From assembly GCA_049999805.1 (NCBI GenBank), contig JBNGIO010006373.1:217172-281171 (forward strand): a stretch of DNA of 64,000 bases, read 5' to 3'. The notes below the pieces were generated by a model, which had not been told where the DNA came from, did not search any database, and saw only the letters and a list, made by a program, of their open reading frames with translations. This DNA is from Folioceros fuciformis. Its lineage: Eukaryota. The position numbers and the translations under genes are program-made. Every line of letters begins with the position of its first letter. Positions within the stretch are counted from its first letter, which is position 1. Positions 47,564 to 59,298 of the stretch are shown one piece after another.

Positions 47564-48169
47564 GGTCCTGGCTCCTGCTGCAAGTGGGAGCAGACGGGAG
47601 AGCGCAGTGACTGGCAGCCTTGCTAGCCTGTGTGTAGGGAAGTAAATTGATCAGCCAGATGTACTGAGGAATCCAGAGCTCGTGGCTTCATCTTTAATTG
47701 AAGCTGCACGTTAGGGTCGTGCTGTGTCGCTAGCCCACAGTTAGGAAGATCGAGACGTTCTTCAGAGACAAGCGGGTGGAGAACTGGTGAGGGACGCGTT
47801 GTGTGTGCTCGTCATGATCAGCGGTAAGCACGTGCACATCCGGCGTCCAACCGTCGTTTCTTTCGTTACTCCTCTCCTTTTCTCTGGAAAGTCTTCTCAG
47901 GAACTTTTCGTTGTGCAGATACAGACGAGTATCGTGATTTACATATCCGGGGGGCATCGACACGGCAGAGCTCATGGTGAGCTCTTCACGTCCTTACATC
48001 CTGACTTGAAGTCACACAATGCACGCAGATCTCCTGTACAAAAAGGATTCTTTCAATTGAATTAAATTCGGAATCGTGTAATTATCCGGTAATTAAACCT
48101 GTAGTTGTTGTTGATGGCCTTCTCCAGGAGGTGGAAAGGATGTGACAAACGGCAAGAAGAACATGTTAC

Positions 48170-49900
48170 ACCTGCGAGCGGGGTGCACTAACGACGCTTT
48201 CGTAGTTCGGTTTGGGAAGAGGGCTCACCGGCACACCGAACATGACTGTCTTCAGTCCACAGATTGATTCCGCAAGCTTGTTGTTGGGAGTTTTCTGGCA
48301 TGGTTCTTGCGCTCGATCGGGTGTTGCCAAGATGGTGATGAATATCAGGGGTTTGACTGGCCCAGCAGACCAGACCAGTTGGAGTAGCTCTGCCCTTCAA
48401 TTGGATGGAGCCTCATCATGAAACCGGCTGAGGGCTCCCAGACGGCGTTGTCTTCATGGAAAACGGAGAAGCGACATCGTGACTTCAACTGAGAAGCTTA
48501 GGTCCAATGGAGTTGAAGCTTTGAGTTTGCCTGGCTGGAGGCTGTTGAAGGCCGGAGCCGTTAAGTAGCTTCGGCCGGTTACCCGCCAATCACAGCTTCC
48601 ATCATGAGGCCAGTCGATCCTCTTCTCTCTTGTTGTCATTTGTTTTTTTTTTTGTCTCTGCGGAAGGAAGCTCCGGCTCCAGACGACATACCACATTATC
48701 CTTTTGTCCTGCGCCAGTCAGTGCCTGCAACGTTGTGACTGTGGATTTTGGAGAGTAGACTGTGTGTCATTACCTACCTACAACTGTCCAGTAGTCCATT
48801 TACTTTTCTTGGTGGAAATTGTTGGAAACGTTGCCGGGCACCAACAACCGCGTCCCTGACAAGCCGCATGGGGTCTTCTGACCGGATTTCATGCAGCAGG
48901 CCAAGATTCAGGAACCTTTTTTGTGGGAATGAAGGACTTACACTCTCTTGGAGCCCCATTGGTGCAGGAGGCTCTGGATGCTGGGACAGAAGCACCTGGG
49001 ACTCTGTGGCAGGCATAGGACTCGTTGCTGTTACGGGTCGGGGGCAAAGGAAATCAGTCTGAGGTCTTAGAAATGTGTGTGGTCTTCCTCCAGCCCAGCC
49101 CCCTCGTTGGGTAGATTGTCGAGCAGGCCTAGGGTCTTGTGGAGAGCCGGGTGGATTATATTCGGCCAATCAAGCTTGATGTTGTGGATCCTGAGCAGCA
49201 GAGCAGGGCTAGCATAGTCGATGAAGTTATGTTCATGTTGATCGTAAGGGCCATGACGTCCGGAGGATGTGTAGCCAGATCTGAGTCCGGATGAGCGAGA
49301 GAAATCCGCGCACAGTGATCCGGCATCGCTGCCGTTCAAATTAGAAACAACGCTTAGCTCCTCTTCCTCTTCCTTTCCTTTCTCACATATGTACAAGTGG
49401 GCGCCTCCAGTAGTTCCAGCCTGAGCACGGTTTCAAAACTCCACGTCGCCCTAGCCATATCCTCTTGAATTTCTAAGGTCAGAGGTTCAAGAAAGACCTC
49501 AATCACACATCGTCGTTTTCGCCCACACCTGACAGTCGGATCCTCTCTGCCTCGTCTCGAAGGTCCGCACGCTCTAGGATATCGATCATGCACTTCCACA
49601 TGAACATAGCAACTGAAGTCTTATTAGAAGCACTCTAACACAGCAGCAAACTTTTGTGACAGCTCGATGACCGCAAACCCTAATTAGACGAGCACACATC
49701 CCAAGCCAAGAAGGGTTAACGGAAATATATGTACGAACTCCAGCTACAGAGCAGCTCTGCAGACGTTGCTACTCACCCTGCGGTGCGGCCTGGTCTTCTC
49801 CATGCACCTCCCACAGCAGGTTTTGAACAATGGCGATAGCCCAGGCTGAAGCTTCGTTCCTTCTCTTTGCAGTACATTGGCTTTCAGGCGGGCTTCCATT
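48170..49900 (-). pseudogene. Possible degenerate gene of unknown family (staggered, frame-shifted ORF pieces)
   Basis: Overlapping minus-strand ORFs 49354-49599, 49067-49396, 48774-49169 and 48454-48696 in different frames, with coding-like composition and a donor-like agg|gtgagt near 49775. No family recognised. Confidence 0.25.
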
Positions 49901-49902
49901 GA

Positions 49903-50480
49903 TCCCGTTCGCCTGACCTCAGGCGTGGGGGATCCCGCAAGGTTATCTGGCTAGACAACTTGTTTAAGCCAGCTTGGATTGATGAGCAGCTCATTTCCTT
50001 GTAGTCCGACACGCAGATGGACCATGGTGCCTCTCCTTCCGAGTCCAGCTCCCCGGATAAGCTTGGATCTGGCAGGTGAGCTGGATCTGCACGCCAGGTT
50101 TTTCACAGCTTAGCCGCGAAGGACCTGGTTACATGGACAGTCCTGTTCGCTGGGTACGCACCGCAAGTTTGCTTCCCTTCTGAAGGCCTGTGCATGCAAT
50201 GGTTCCTGCGCCTCACAAAAGGGCAGGCAGCTGCACTCACAAATTATTGAAAGACGACTGCTGGATTACGCAGTGATGGCCTCTGTCTGGTGGACATGTA
50301 TGCGAAATGTGTTGAACTTGAAGATGCACGCAAGGTTTTTGACAGCATGGCGAAAAAAGGAAGTGGTCACATGGAATGCCCTGATTGCTGGCTATCCACA
50401 GCAAGGATTCGGCCGAGAGGCGCTTGTTGCGTATGGACAACTGGAGGAGGCGGGTCTCATTTCGGCTGACCGGATCACGC
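49903..50480 (+). pseudogene. Truncated, internally deleted pseudogene of the PDF-module PLS-PPR family
   Basis: Reads SRSPDLRRGGSRKVIWLDNLFKPAWIDEQLISL* (stop at 50002-50004), homologous to gene 1 at 7595-7695. It then jumps to PPR fragments (gcacgccaggtttttcacagc, gtggacatgtatgcgaaatg, WNALIAGYPQQG) with frameshifts; no DYW domain. Confidence 0.85.
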
Positions 50481-51327
50481 TTGCTTGTGGAGCCTCAGCC
50501 GAGGCTCCACAAGCAAGCGGCCTTACCTGTGGAGCCAATTAGCAGACCAGAGAATGGCGGCCAGGTTATCTCCGATAACAATACGTGAGAGGATGACAGG
50601 GCACTTGCAAAGTTACAGGATGCTTACCGGTATAGCGATGAGGAGGCCTCCTCGTCAGCTGTCCACACTAGCCGATACGCTGCTTCATGGATAGTGACTA
50701 TGACTGCGCAAGCTAGAAAAATAATTCACAGTCGAATGAGTCTCTAGTTTTATGTTTCAATCACATGCATACTTTTCTTTTTTTCGTGGAAGGAAGTTAA
50801 AAAGGAGCAAGCACAAGACGCTCCCTTGAGAAACACACACTAGCGCAATCGTATTATTACTTGATTGCCCTTCTAGGGCTGGAAAGTGAGAGGAACCTCA
50901 ATTTGGCAAGGGACTCAACAAGGAATAGAGCTATCCTTTCTAAGGGCACGAATGATTCCATCTCATTTTTTTTCCCATGGCAAGGAAACCGGCACGTTCC
51001 TACTCCCTCTACTTGAACTTCCTTGGAGATGCTAATTTCTGTCCTATGTAGCAATTAAAATTTGTTCCCAAATCTTCCAGATAAGGGCCTTCACTAGTAG
51101 TGATTCTTTCCCAAAGTAAATCACTGTTGTCCATTTAAGCTATAAGCCCACGCGGCATGAGCTAACCTATAGGTCCCACCAATGGAACCGAAAGAGGAGC
51201 TTACAAAAAAATTCCCCCAAGACCAAAGAGAGTTGTCTGTTCTACAGTTACATTCGCTGCCGGAAAGAGGCACCACAATCATTTGCCAGCCTCCCTCCAG
51301 ACCCCTTGCGCATAGTCACACTGAAAA

Positions 51328-51440
51328 AGTAGGTGCTAACTTTTGTTTGCACATGTTGCACAGCAGTAGGTGCTAACTTTTGTTTGCGCATGTTGCACAG
51401 CAGTAGGTGCTAACTTTTGTTTGCGCATGTTGCACAGCAG
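51328..51440. repeat. Tandem repeat, 37-bp unit x3
   Basis: agtaggtgctaacttttgtttgc(a/g)catgttgcacagc starts at 51328, 51365 and 51402. Confidence 0.95.
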
Positions 51441-51444
51441 CCAC

Positions 51445-52370
51445 ATAGCTGAATGCCTACCTAGCCATAAATTGACCTTGGCCTATGACCAAGAGTAAGG
51501 CTACAAGAAGGGCTAGGTCTACCTAAGAGAGCGGGCCAGGGCCGCAAACAGGTAAAATCAACCAAATAGTTGAATGCCTACCTAGCCACAAATTGTCCTT
51601 AGCCTATGACCAAGAGTAAGTCTATAAGAAGGGCTGGGCCTACCTAAGAGAAGCCAGCCTAGGGCCGCAAACAGGTAAAATCAAGATGGCAAGGCAACAG
51701 ACCACGAGAACCTCCAAGAGACGAAGACACGGCACGGACGAAGTATGGCTATCTATTAGAACAAGACAAACATCAACAATCCGAGAATCCATGGCTGGGT
51801 AGCCCACACATATAGGCAAAATCCCCAAGAACTCTGGATGAAGTGCCTCCTCACACTGATGGTAGGCACTTTATAATCCTACTTCTTCTTGGCCTTTGGT
51901 CTCTTACCAAATAATAACCAACTAAACACCTTACTTCATCCTTTTCTTATTTTATCATTTTCATATTTGTTTTGGAATATCTCCGCAACGGTTCATATCT
52001 GTGGTGGCGTTGTTCCTCACATGCATCCAACACACATGGTTCACATCCACCATGACACATACATCCTCTCTCTAAACATGTCACATGCATCCACATGCAT
52101 ACATGGCACACACCCAGGCATACATGTCATGTGCAGGTCCTCCATGGGTCATGTACATGGGCATCATCAAGCAGTTCATGATGTTCTGTTAGTATTCAAT
52201 CATAGAGTTTCGAGTGCTCTATTCTTCATATAGCAACAACATGACAGCTGTCCCATAGCAGCCGCATAGTTGCATGCCTACCTAGACACAAATTGTCCTT
52301 GGCCTATGACCAAGAGCAAGGCTACAAGAAGGGTTGGGTCTACCTAAGAGAGGTAGGCCCTGGGCGGTGA
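51445..52370. repeat. About 120-bp direct repeat, three copies (about 51445, 51566, 52266); likely TE/LTR-derived
   Basis: atgcctacctag...aaattgtccttggcctatgaccaagag.aaggctacaagaaggg...tacctaagaga is present three times. Confidence 0.85.
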
Positions 52371-53499
52371 ACAGCCCCCGTGAGAAACTTGGGGGCTTAG
52401 CCACTAGGTTTCCCACAAAATTGTTTAGACAACCTTGCCTACAAAACACAACACCTGCTTACCACGCCCCCACCATCAAAAACGTAATGGTACTACAGTG
52501 CACTTGAACAAAGTTGAATTGTCAACCAAGTTTGAAGTGCGCCTTATATCAATGTTCACTTTCCTCATGAAAAGTAAGTTTACAAATTCAGGTAGCAACA
52601 GTCGTCGGCCTTCTCAAATTCCCGACCAGCATAACAGGGCATTTTTGGAGGGTAATGCGATGCCATACGGCTGGAGTAAAAAGCAAAAGAAGGGTTTTTG
52701 GACAAACCTGATTTATTTCATATGGCGTTAATGTGCCCCCCAGATCACCTCCCAAAGGCCTCCATGGCTAAGAGGCTAGTGCTCCCAAAGGCAATTGACA
52801 AGGAAGCCTACTCCCAAACTAAGTCACCAAAATTAATTTGAAAGGTGTTAGAATCTATTATATCCCCAAGTGCCTACATAACTGATTGTCAAAATTCCTA
52901 AGGCTCGTTAGAAAACCTAGAGAAGAGCAATAGACTTTGTGAGGTAATCTAGCACTGGCACAAAGAAGCAGAAAGAATACGAAATGCAACGTGCAACCCG
53001 AGAGTCTCCAACTGATGAGAGGTCACTCATGTAAGCCAAGTCTTTTTCCAATGCCACATCCACAAACCCAAATTGACGAAATCAAGAGGTCCAGTTGGAA
53101 TCCCCAAACATGTCATGCCAACCTTGCAATAATCCTAACTCTCTTCCCTTTCACTATATCCAACCATGACATATTGTTGTAGGTATTCATGGGGCTAGTA
53201 TTCTTGGGGGCTAGTCCACTTTTTTTTTTCTTCTTTCACTCCTCAAGTCTCTTTCGGCTCTTGTTTGAGATAGGATAAGATCTCCAATCTATTTTAAATA
53301 AAATATACAAAAAAAAAGAAGTTCTTCTTCACATTCTGTAAGATTGCGTCAATCAATGTATCTATCAATAAAAACATCACTCTAAAAGTAGTGACTGAAT
53401 GATCGAACCTAAATATGGTCCATCCTTTTATAAATATTTACGATCGGAACTTTCAATTGGAAAAGTCTGTATATGTCTTGACAGAGATGGCAAAAGCTC

Positions 53500-54096
53500 A
53501 TGAGAGATGAGCCTTTTCTAGGAGGTAGTATCTTGGTTTATTATATGCTGAGTTAACAGAGTGGTGATTGTTATATTTGTATATTCTTTGTCTTATTAAT
53601 AGAAAGTTTTATATTAATGTACTGACTATGTATTGTCTCTTGTGTTTTTTGTGTGATGAGTAGATTCCAATTTCCTACAACACATGCCAATGAAGAAGAG
53701 AGATAATTTTCAAGTTAACCTTGCTTTGCTCTCAGAAACCAGGCCATCTTCGCAGGACATAAAAGATGTGAAAGACAACTCAGAATGGACACCTTTACCA
53801 TGTGTGGGATATGATGATCCCTTCTATGGTAGCCAGGACTACATTAAGGATGATCCTTTCACCACGATGTTGACAAATCTTCTTTATGAAGCTAATCTGC
53901 CTTCTCCTTTGGAAGAATGCAATTCAGATTGTGAATTTGTTCGTGCTCTTCAGGTACTTTGCAAGATGTGTCTTCCTTGGGTTGCTACTTATTAGAGTGT
54001 ATGGATATAGAAATCGTGAACTATATTTCTTTGCAGGGCATGAAAACATCGAGAAGACCTTCAGCATCCCGGAAGAGGAAGAGAAAGAAGACGTAG
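53500..54096 (+). CDS. Small hypothetical spliced protein (possibly the 3' part of a longer gene) with a basic NLS-like C-terminus
   Basis: GT-AG joins 53500-53524, 53664-53953 and 54037-54096 keep frame: MRDEPFLGDSNFLQHMPMKK...PLPCVGYDDPFYGSQDY...ECNSDCEFVRALQGMKTSRRPSASRKRKRKKT*. Confidence 0.45.
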
Positions 54097-54340
54097 CTGG
54101 CTGAGGGCTCTGAAACCCACTGGTGGTTTGGAAGTCAGGAACCTCCAGAGGAGGCAGTCCTTGGTTTGGCCTTTACGAAGTTTTGTTTATGAGTGAATCT
54201 AGTTATGAAATGTAGGTCATTTGCTCACAGCTGAAAAGAAAATCACGATCACAGTCCAGAGTGTTGTAACTCGACCTTAATACATTTCACTCGATCTGTG
54301 CTCCTGGCACACTTCTTGAGCTGGTTCGTGTGTTGCCGAG

Positions 54341-56801
54341 ATGGATGATGCGCATCAGATTGTCCTGGTTGGTTTGGAGCAGGCGGGAGTAGTCCTACCC
54401 TCCAATGTGGTGGGGGCTCAAGATATAGGTCAAGCAGATCTGGTGGCCATCTGCTCTCAGGCTGTCTCGCTCGTGAGAAATGTAGGCGCGGCATCGAAGG
54501 TTCTGCCAACGGTGTTGCCCAGTGCTCTGGCGGAGAAATTTCGCGTTTGCACCGACCTGGCTGGAGCCATCAAGCAGCTTGGATATTCGACCGATCTCAG
54601 CTTCCATCAGGCCTGCGCTCTTCTCCTCGCTCTTTGGTTGCTGCTCCAGTCTTGATGTTCTACGGGTTTCCCCCCCTGCGAACTGTTGCACCCATGTGGA
54701 ATGTGAAAGAGATGTAGTGTGGCAATTATGCAGGACTGGATGGTGAAGCCGTGAAGGAGTAGAATGTGACACTTCAGGTGCTGCTACTGCATGCAGTTCC
54801 TGTATCCTTCGAAGGCAGACACGCATCGGTTGCTGCGGTTTTTGCTGGACAAGCTTTCCAAGACTTCCGCGTCCGGGCGGAACCGTGGGAGCCGCAAGGG
54901 CCGGGGTGGCCTTGGAAGGAGAAGAAACAGCGATGAGGAAATTGGTGGATCCAGTGTCGGAGCAGCTGTACGACAGAGCTTGTCTCAATGGCGGGATGCG
55001 ATCAACTGGAGTGAAGGGAAAGATGCGGGGAGCAGGGCCGTAAGGGAGTGGAGGAGAGAGGAGCCGTTGGAAGTTGGCAGTGTGAGGAGACCAGCAGCTA
55101 CCTTCTCAGCCTTCTTAACTGCCAGAGCAGAGTCTCGGGACGTCCTGGTTCCTTTCGTGTTGGAGCTGAACGCGCAGAGGGCTTTGAAAGCTACGTCGTA
55201 CAGTGAAAGCCGGTTTGTCCATGATGCAGCTGATGGAGAGCTAGGGAAGGAGGATCAGGGCTTAACGTTAGAGAGGCGAAATGCACCCGAAGCCACACCA
55301 GATAAGCGAGCAGGAGTTGGGAGTAGCTTCTTGAGATCTGTGAAGTTCACAGATGGAAGGGAGTGGAGCCCTGTTTGGAGCCGTGATCTTGAGAGTAAGG
55401 TTCCTGCTAAAGCAACTAAGGTTCCTAACCGGGAAGGGGGTCCTGCAGCGGCTCCAGGAGAAGCCGGAGCCTTCGAGCTGGAACAGAAGTTCTCTGGGCT
55501 TAGCATACAAGCAGAGAAGGTTGACACCGAGCTTACCGCGTTGGGGTTTTGCATTGTCGACATCTTGCTGTTTCTTACAACTTTTGCATGTACTGGTGCT
55601 AGATCGAAGAAGTGATAAGGAATCTGCAACACAACGTGGAGACAACGCTTGTAGACAACAAAGTTGCAACTGATACTGCACGCTTGCGAGACGAGAATGT
55701 CCAGCTGCTGGAAAGGGCTGTGAATCTAGCCTTGCACAGTAGAGACCCGCCTGAGGCATCAATATGGGCATTGGAGTCCAACATCAGAGAGAAGGAGGTG
55801 CACATTGCAGGCATGGAGGCAGAATGGTTAGTGCCAAGTCGTAAGGTGCTTGCAGAGGTTCTGTAGCATTGCTCTTTATACTTACCCTGAAGCCCGGACC
55901 GGGGCTGGTACTGGTACCTCAGGGGAATGGTGCGATCTGCTCTTGAAAACGAGAAGGCTGAACTGGAAAAATCAGCATACTCCAACAAGGATGCGTTTCA
56001 CTCCAAGCTAAAGGTCATGAAGGAAATCCGTCAGGAGATGAAGCGAGTCTCTCTAAAGATTCACTCTCGGTGAGTTGAAATTCTAAGAAATTCTGTCATT
56101 AGCAAGTTTCCTTTGTTTCTTAACTGTGAAGCCTGGATCTATTCGTCGTTTTGAGTGGCAACCATGTCAGCATTAGGAGTTTTGCCGCCTCTTGATGCGT
56201 GTAAGTGCGAACCCACGTGTGATGATCCTGGAGCATGCAGGGAGCAGGAGCAGAGTGCCATGACATCAGAACTCAAGGCCCTGAAGGGTGCAGCCAGAAG
56301 CACGTATGTGAGGCGGATCTCCGAACTCATAAGAAACAGCAAAAAGCAAGATGCAGACATCACCCGCATCATTAACGACACCCGTGACCTACAACGAGAT
56401 AGCAACGCAGCCCAGGATCGCCTTCGCCGAAGTCACGCCCTTGTGGACGAGCTTGTTTTCAGGTAAGTCTCAGGCTGCATGTCAGCCCTCTGCCTTTCCC
56501 TTTCAAGCACTCCCTCCACTGCTGCTTAGACCAACTGTTTCCCCGACGATTGCTTCCTGGCAGGGATGCAAAGCATGATGCAGTATGCAGGCAAGCGTAC
56601 ATGCTTCTCAGCACCGTCCACATGAACTTCGCGGACATTGTAGACAAGGTGTACGAAATGGACAAAACTGGGCGGGAGGTGACCGAGCTACAAGCCATCC
56701 TGGAAGATCTGGAGAAAAGATCTCTGGACGCCAGCAGTGTCCAAGCAGATCTGAATGCTGTGGTCAGTGAGAATAAGACGCTAGAGACGTTAGTGGCTTG
56801 A
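54341..56801 (+). CDS. CCDC22: Coiled-coil domain-containing protein 22 (CCC/Commander complex)
   Basis: N-terminal MDDAHQIVLVGLEQAGV...KFRVCTDLAGAIKQLGYSTDLSFHQ-FLYPSKADTHRLLRFLLDKL; C-terminal coiled coil RSTYVRRISELIRNSKKQDADITRIINDTRDLQ...DELVFRDAKHD. Confidence 0.88.
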
Positions 56802-57386
56802 ATTCCCAGCTGTGTGGCCGGTGGGGTATATTATGTTAACTCAAGAGAGAATCTAGCCACCGGCCACAGCTCGGGTAGATGGACACGGACAGTGTAGCAG
56901 ACACGAACTGGGTGGAGGGTGATGTCATACACCCACCGTGGCCAGCCAAGTTCCAGCGGGCTTTATGTTGAACTGGTGACAGAAGGCCCCACCTCGGGCA
57001 GTGCCCGAATCCTTATCGTGAGGCATGGCTGTCCTGGCACCTGGACGCGTGTCCCAGAATTAAGGTCTCCGTGGCGGTGGGACCCCTGTCAAATAATGTC
57101 GCATGGTTTGGGTTGATCACGCTGGGAACGGTCCGCTGTTTGAAATCAGCGGCACTAATTTAAAAAAGCGTCCCGCTTATCTATATTGATCGCCTCTAAG
57201 GGGGAACTTCTGGCGTGGAGACCGCGTAATAAATTCAACCTCTTCGAATCGATAGTTTACCAGCCCTAGGCAGACCGAGCGAGCGGGATCGAAGGCGAAG
57301 GATTTCTGCACGTCTTCCGCAACGGATCTGCGTGTCCTCGTCGGGAGTGGAGTCGAGATCGAGCGGGTACTCACGGGCGCTGAGCC

Positions 57387-58698
57387 ATGGGAATATGGGA
57401 GACCTTTCTCAATTGGCTGCGCAGGTATCCCGCTTTGTCATGGCCTTCGTTTGAGTGATTTGTATGCATGCTTGTGTACTCGGGTCGTGGCTGGTAAGGT
57501 AAGCATTCGGATCGTGCAAACACCCGGCACTGCTGGCCTTGCGGATGTGGGAGCTTGGAACTCACCTCAGCCAATTCTCATTTGGAGATCGTTGCACGCT
57601 GGGCTGCGCCCGGATGCGGCAGGAGTACTGGAAATATGGGAGTCTGGCTTGTCGGGAGGAGATGGAAGTTGAAATTCGCTTTCGTGTCATTTGTGTTGGT
57701 TGTCACGTCCGATTTTTCACCGGTTTTTGCAGCCTATTTTTCAAGCAGGAGATGGAGTTGTCGTTGATAGGGCTTCAGAATGCTGGCAAAACCTCGCTTG
57801 TCAACGTCATTGCGGTAAAAACAAAGCGGATTTCGTTCTTCGCTTTCTGTTTCACCTCCCCTGCTGGAGCTCGTCTGCTTCCGGTTGTGTTCGCTCATTT
57901 TTGTGGTTTTGGCTACAGACTGGGGGCTACAATGAGGACATGATACCCACGGTGAGTATAGTCCGTTCACTTTTTGGCTTGGCAGAGCGGAATTCGTTGG
58001 GCCCGCTGTTTCCATATCCCTTCATTGGATTAGGAGCGTGCCTGTGAGGGGGCTGTGTCATTAGCTCATTTGCAAAGGTCTCGTGATTGGGAACCTCAGG
58101 TAGGCTTCAACATGAAGAAGGTCTCCAAGGGCAACGTCACGATCAAACTCTGGGACCTTGGAGGCCAACCTCGTTTCCGCAGCATGTGGGAACGATATTG
58201 CCGTGGGGTGTCAGCGATTGTGTAAGGACTTTCATGTGATGGAGTTCAGATTATAACGTCCAGGACACAGTTGTCTGTTCGCCGTAGTAGACCTTGTTCT
58301 CACTGGTGTGAGCTTGTTTGCAGATATGTGGTGGATGCTGCGGACAAGGATAATATTCCTATATCCAGAAATGAGCTTCACGACCTACTGAGCAAGGCCT
58401 CTTTGAGTGGGATCCCCTTATTGGTCCTGGGAAACAAGACCGACAAACCCGAAGCCCTCTCCAGGCAGTCGTTGATTGATCAGATGTGAGTTTTGATGTA
58501 ACGTCGGTTTCAGTTTCTGGGCGCTTAGATGAGTTCTACAGAAAAACATTTCACTATTCTTCGTCTGCTCGTACCTGCAGGGGCCTTGCAGGGCTGGCCG
58601 ACAGGGAGGTTTGCTGTTACACTATTTCCTGCAAAAATTCTACCAATATTGACATCGTCATCGATTGGCTAGTTAAACATTCAAAAACCAAGAGTTGA
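57387..58698 (+). CDS. ARL8: ADP-ribosylation factor-like GTPase 8, 6 exons
   Basis: Spliced product [100 protein letters not shown]...VLGNKTD...[12 protein letters not shown]. Confidence 0.96.
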
Positions 58699-59298
58699 CG
58701 TTCGTTTTGACGGGAAGATTTCCTGACGAGTTGAACGTGCTGTAGAGGGTGGGTAACTGGGAGAAGTTACATTGCAGTACGAATGAATGTGCTTTACTTC
58801 CAACGATTGTGTCACCTTAGCCACTCATGTAAACGCATCATGTATCTCAGGCAGGATGACACTTTGACTTCTGTTTTGCAAAGAAGCTTTGTAACATATA
58901 GCGGGATTTATTTTCTTTCTTCAATCGAGTCATGTATAAGTGACTGAAATGATTAAATGTGCTTCCCTCGGATCAAATATTGTGGTGCGCTTCGAAACGA
59001 AGTGCACAAAGAATTTAAACAAGCATGGTGCATGAATAATAATATTCGTCCTGCATCTGTAATGTTTTCCTCGAAAGTACAGTCCAGCTCTTGAGTGAGT
59101 TACCTCAAACCTGGGCCCTGTACATTATCAGTATCAGACAAAGCAAGGTTCCTACCGAGATGAACACAACAACCTTCACAACGTGCAGTTGTCGCAGGAA
59201 GGACTAACGTAATGGAAAGTACCTTTCTCATACCACTAATCGGACGTGGGAAAGTCACGGGCTCCAAGTTCAGGCTCAAGTTATGGCTCAACTCCCAT

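Noticed and set aside
47730-47975. 81-aa ORF upstream of the PKS as an extra coding exon
   Set aside because: No type III PKS similarity and no clear in-frame donor; may be UTR or promoter sequence.
51328-51440. 37-bp repeats as a CRISPR array
   Set aside because: Units are directly contiguous with no spacers, there are no cas genes, and the context is eukaryotic.
51889-52233. His-rich 114-aa ORF
   Set aside because: Arises from a cacatg-rich low-complexity tract inside the repeat island and has no ATG start at the called position.
53886-54104. Acidic ending GHENIEKTFSIPEEEEKEDVAG for the orphan gene
   Set aside because: The phase-0 donor at 53954 and the acceptor at 54036 put the last exon in the frame ending RKRKRKKT instead.
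57425-57435. ARL8 intron 1 donor gtatccc as a U12 intron
   Set aside because: Deviates from GTATCCTT and no TCCTTAAC branch point is visible near the acceptor.
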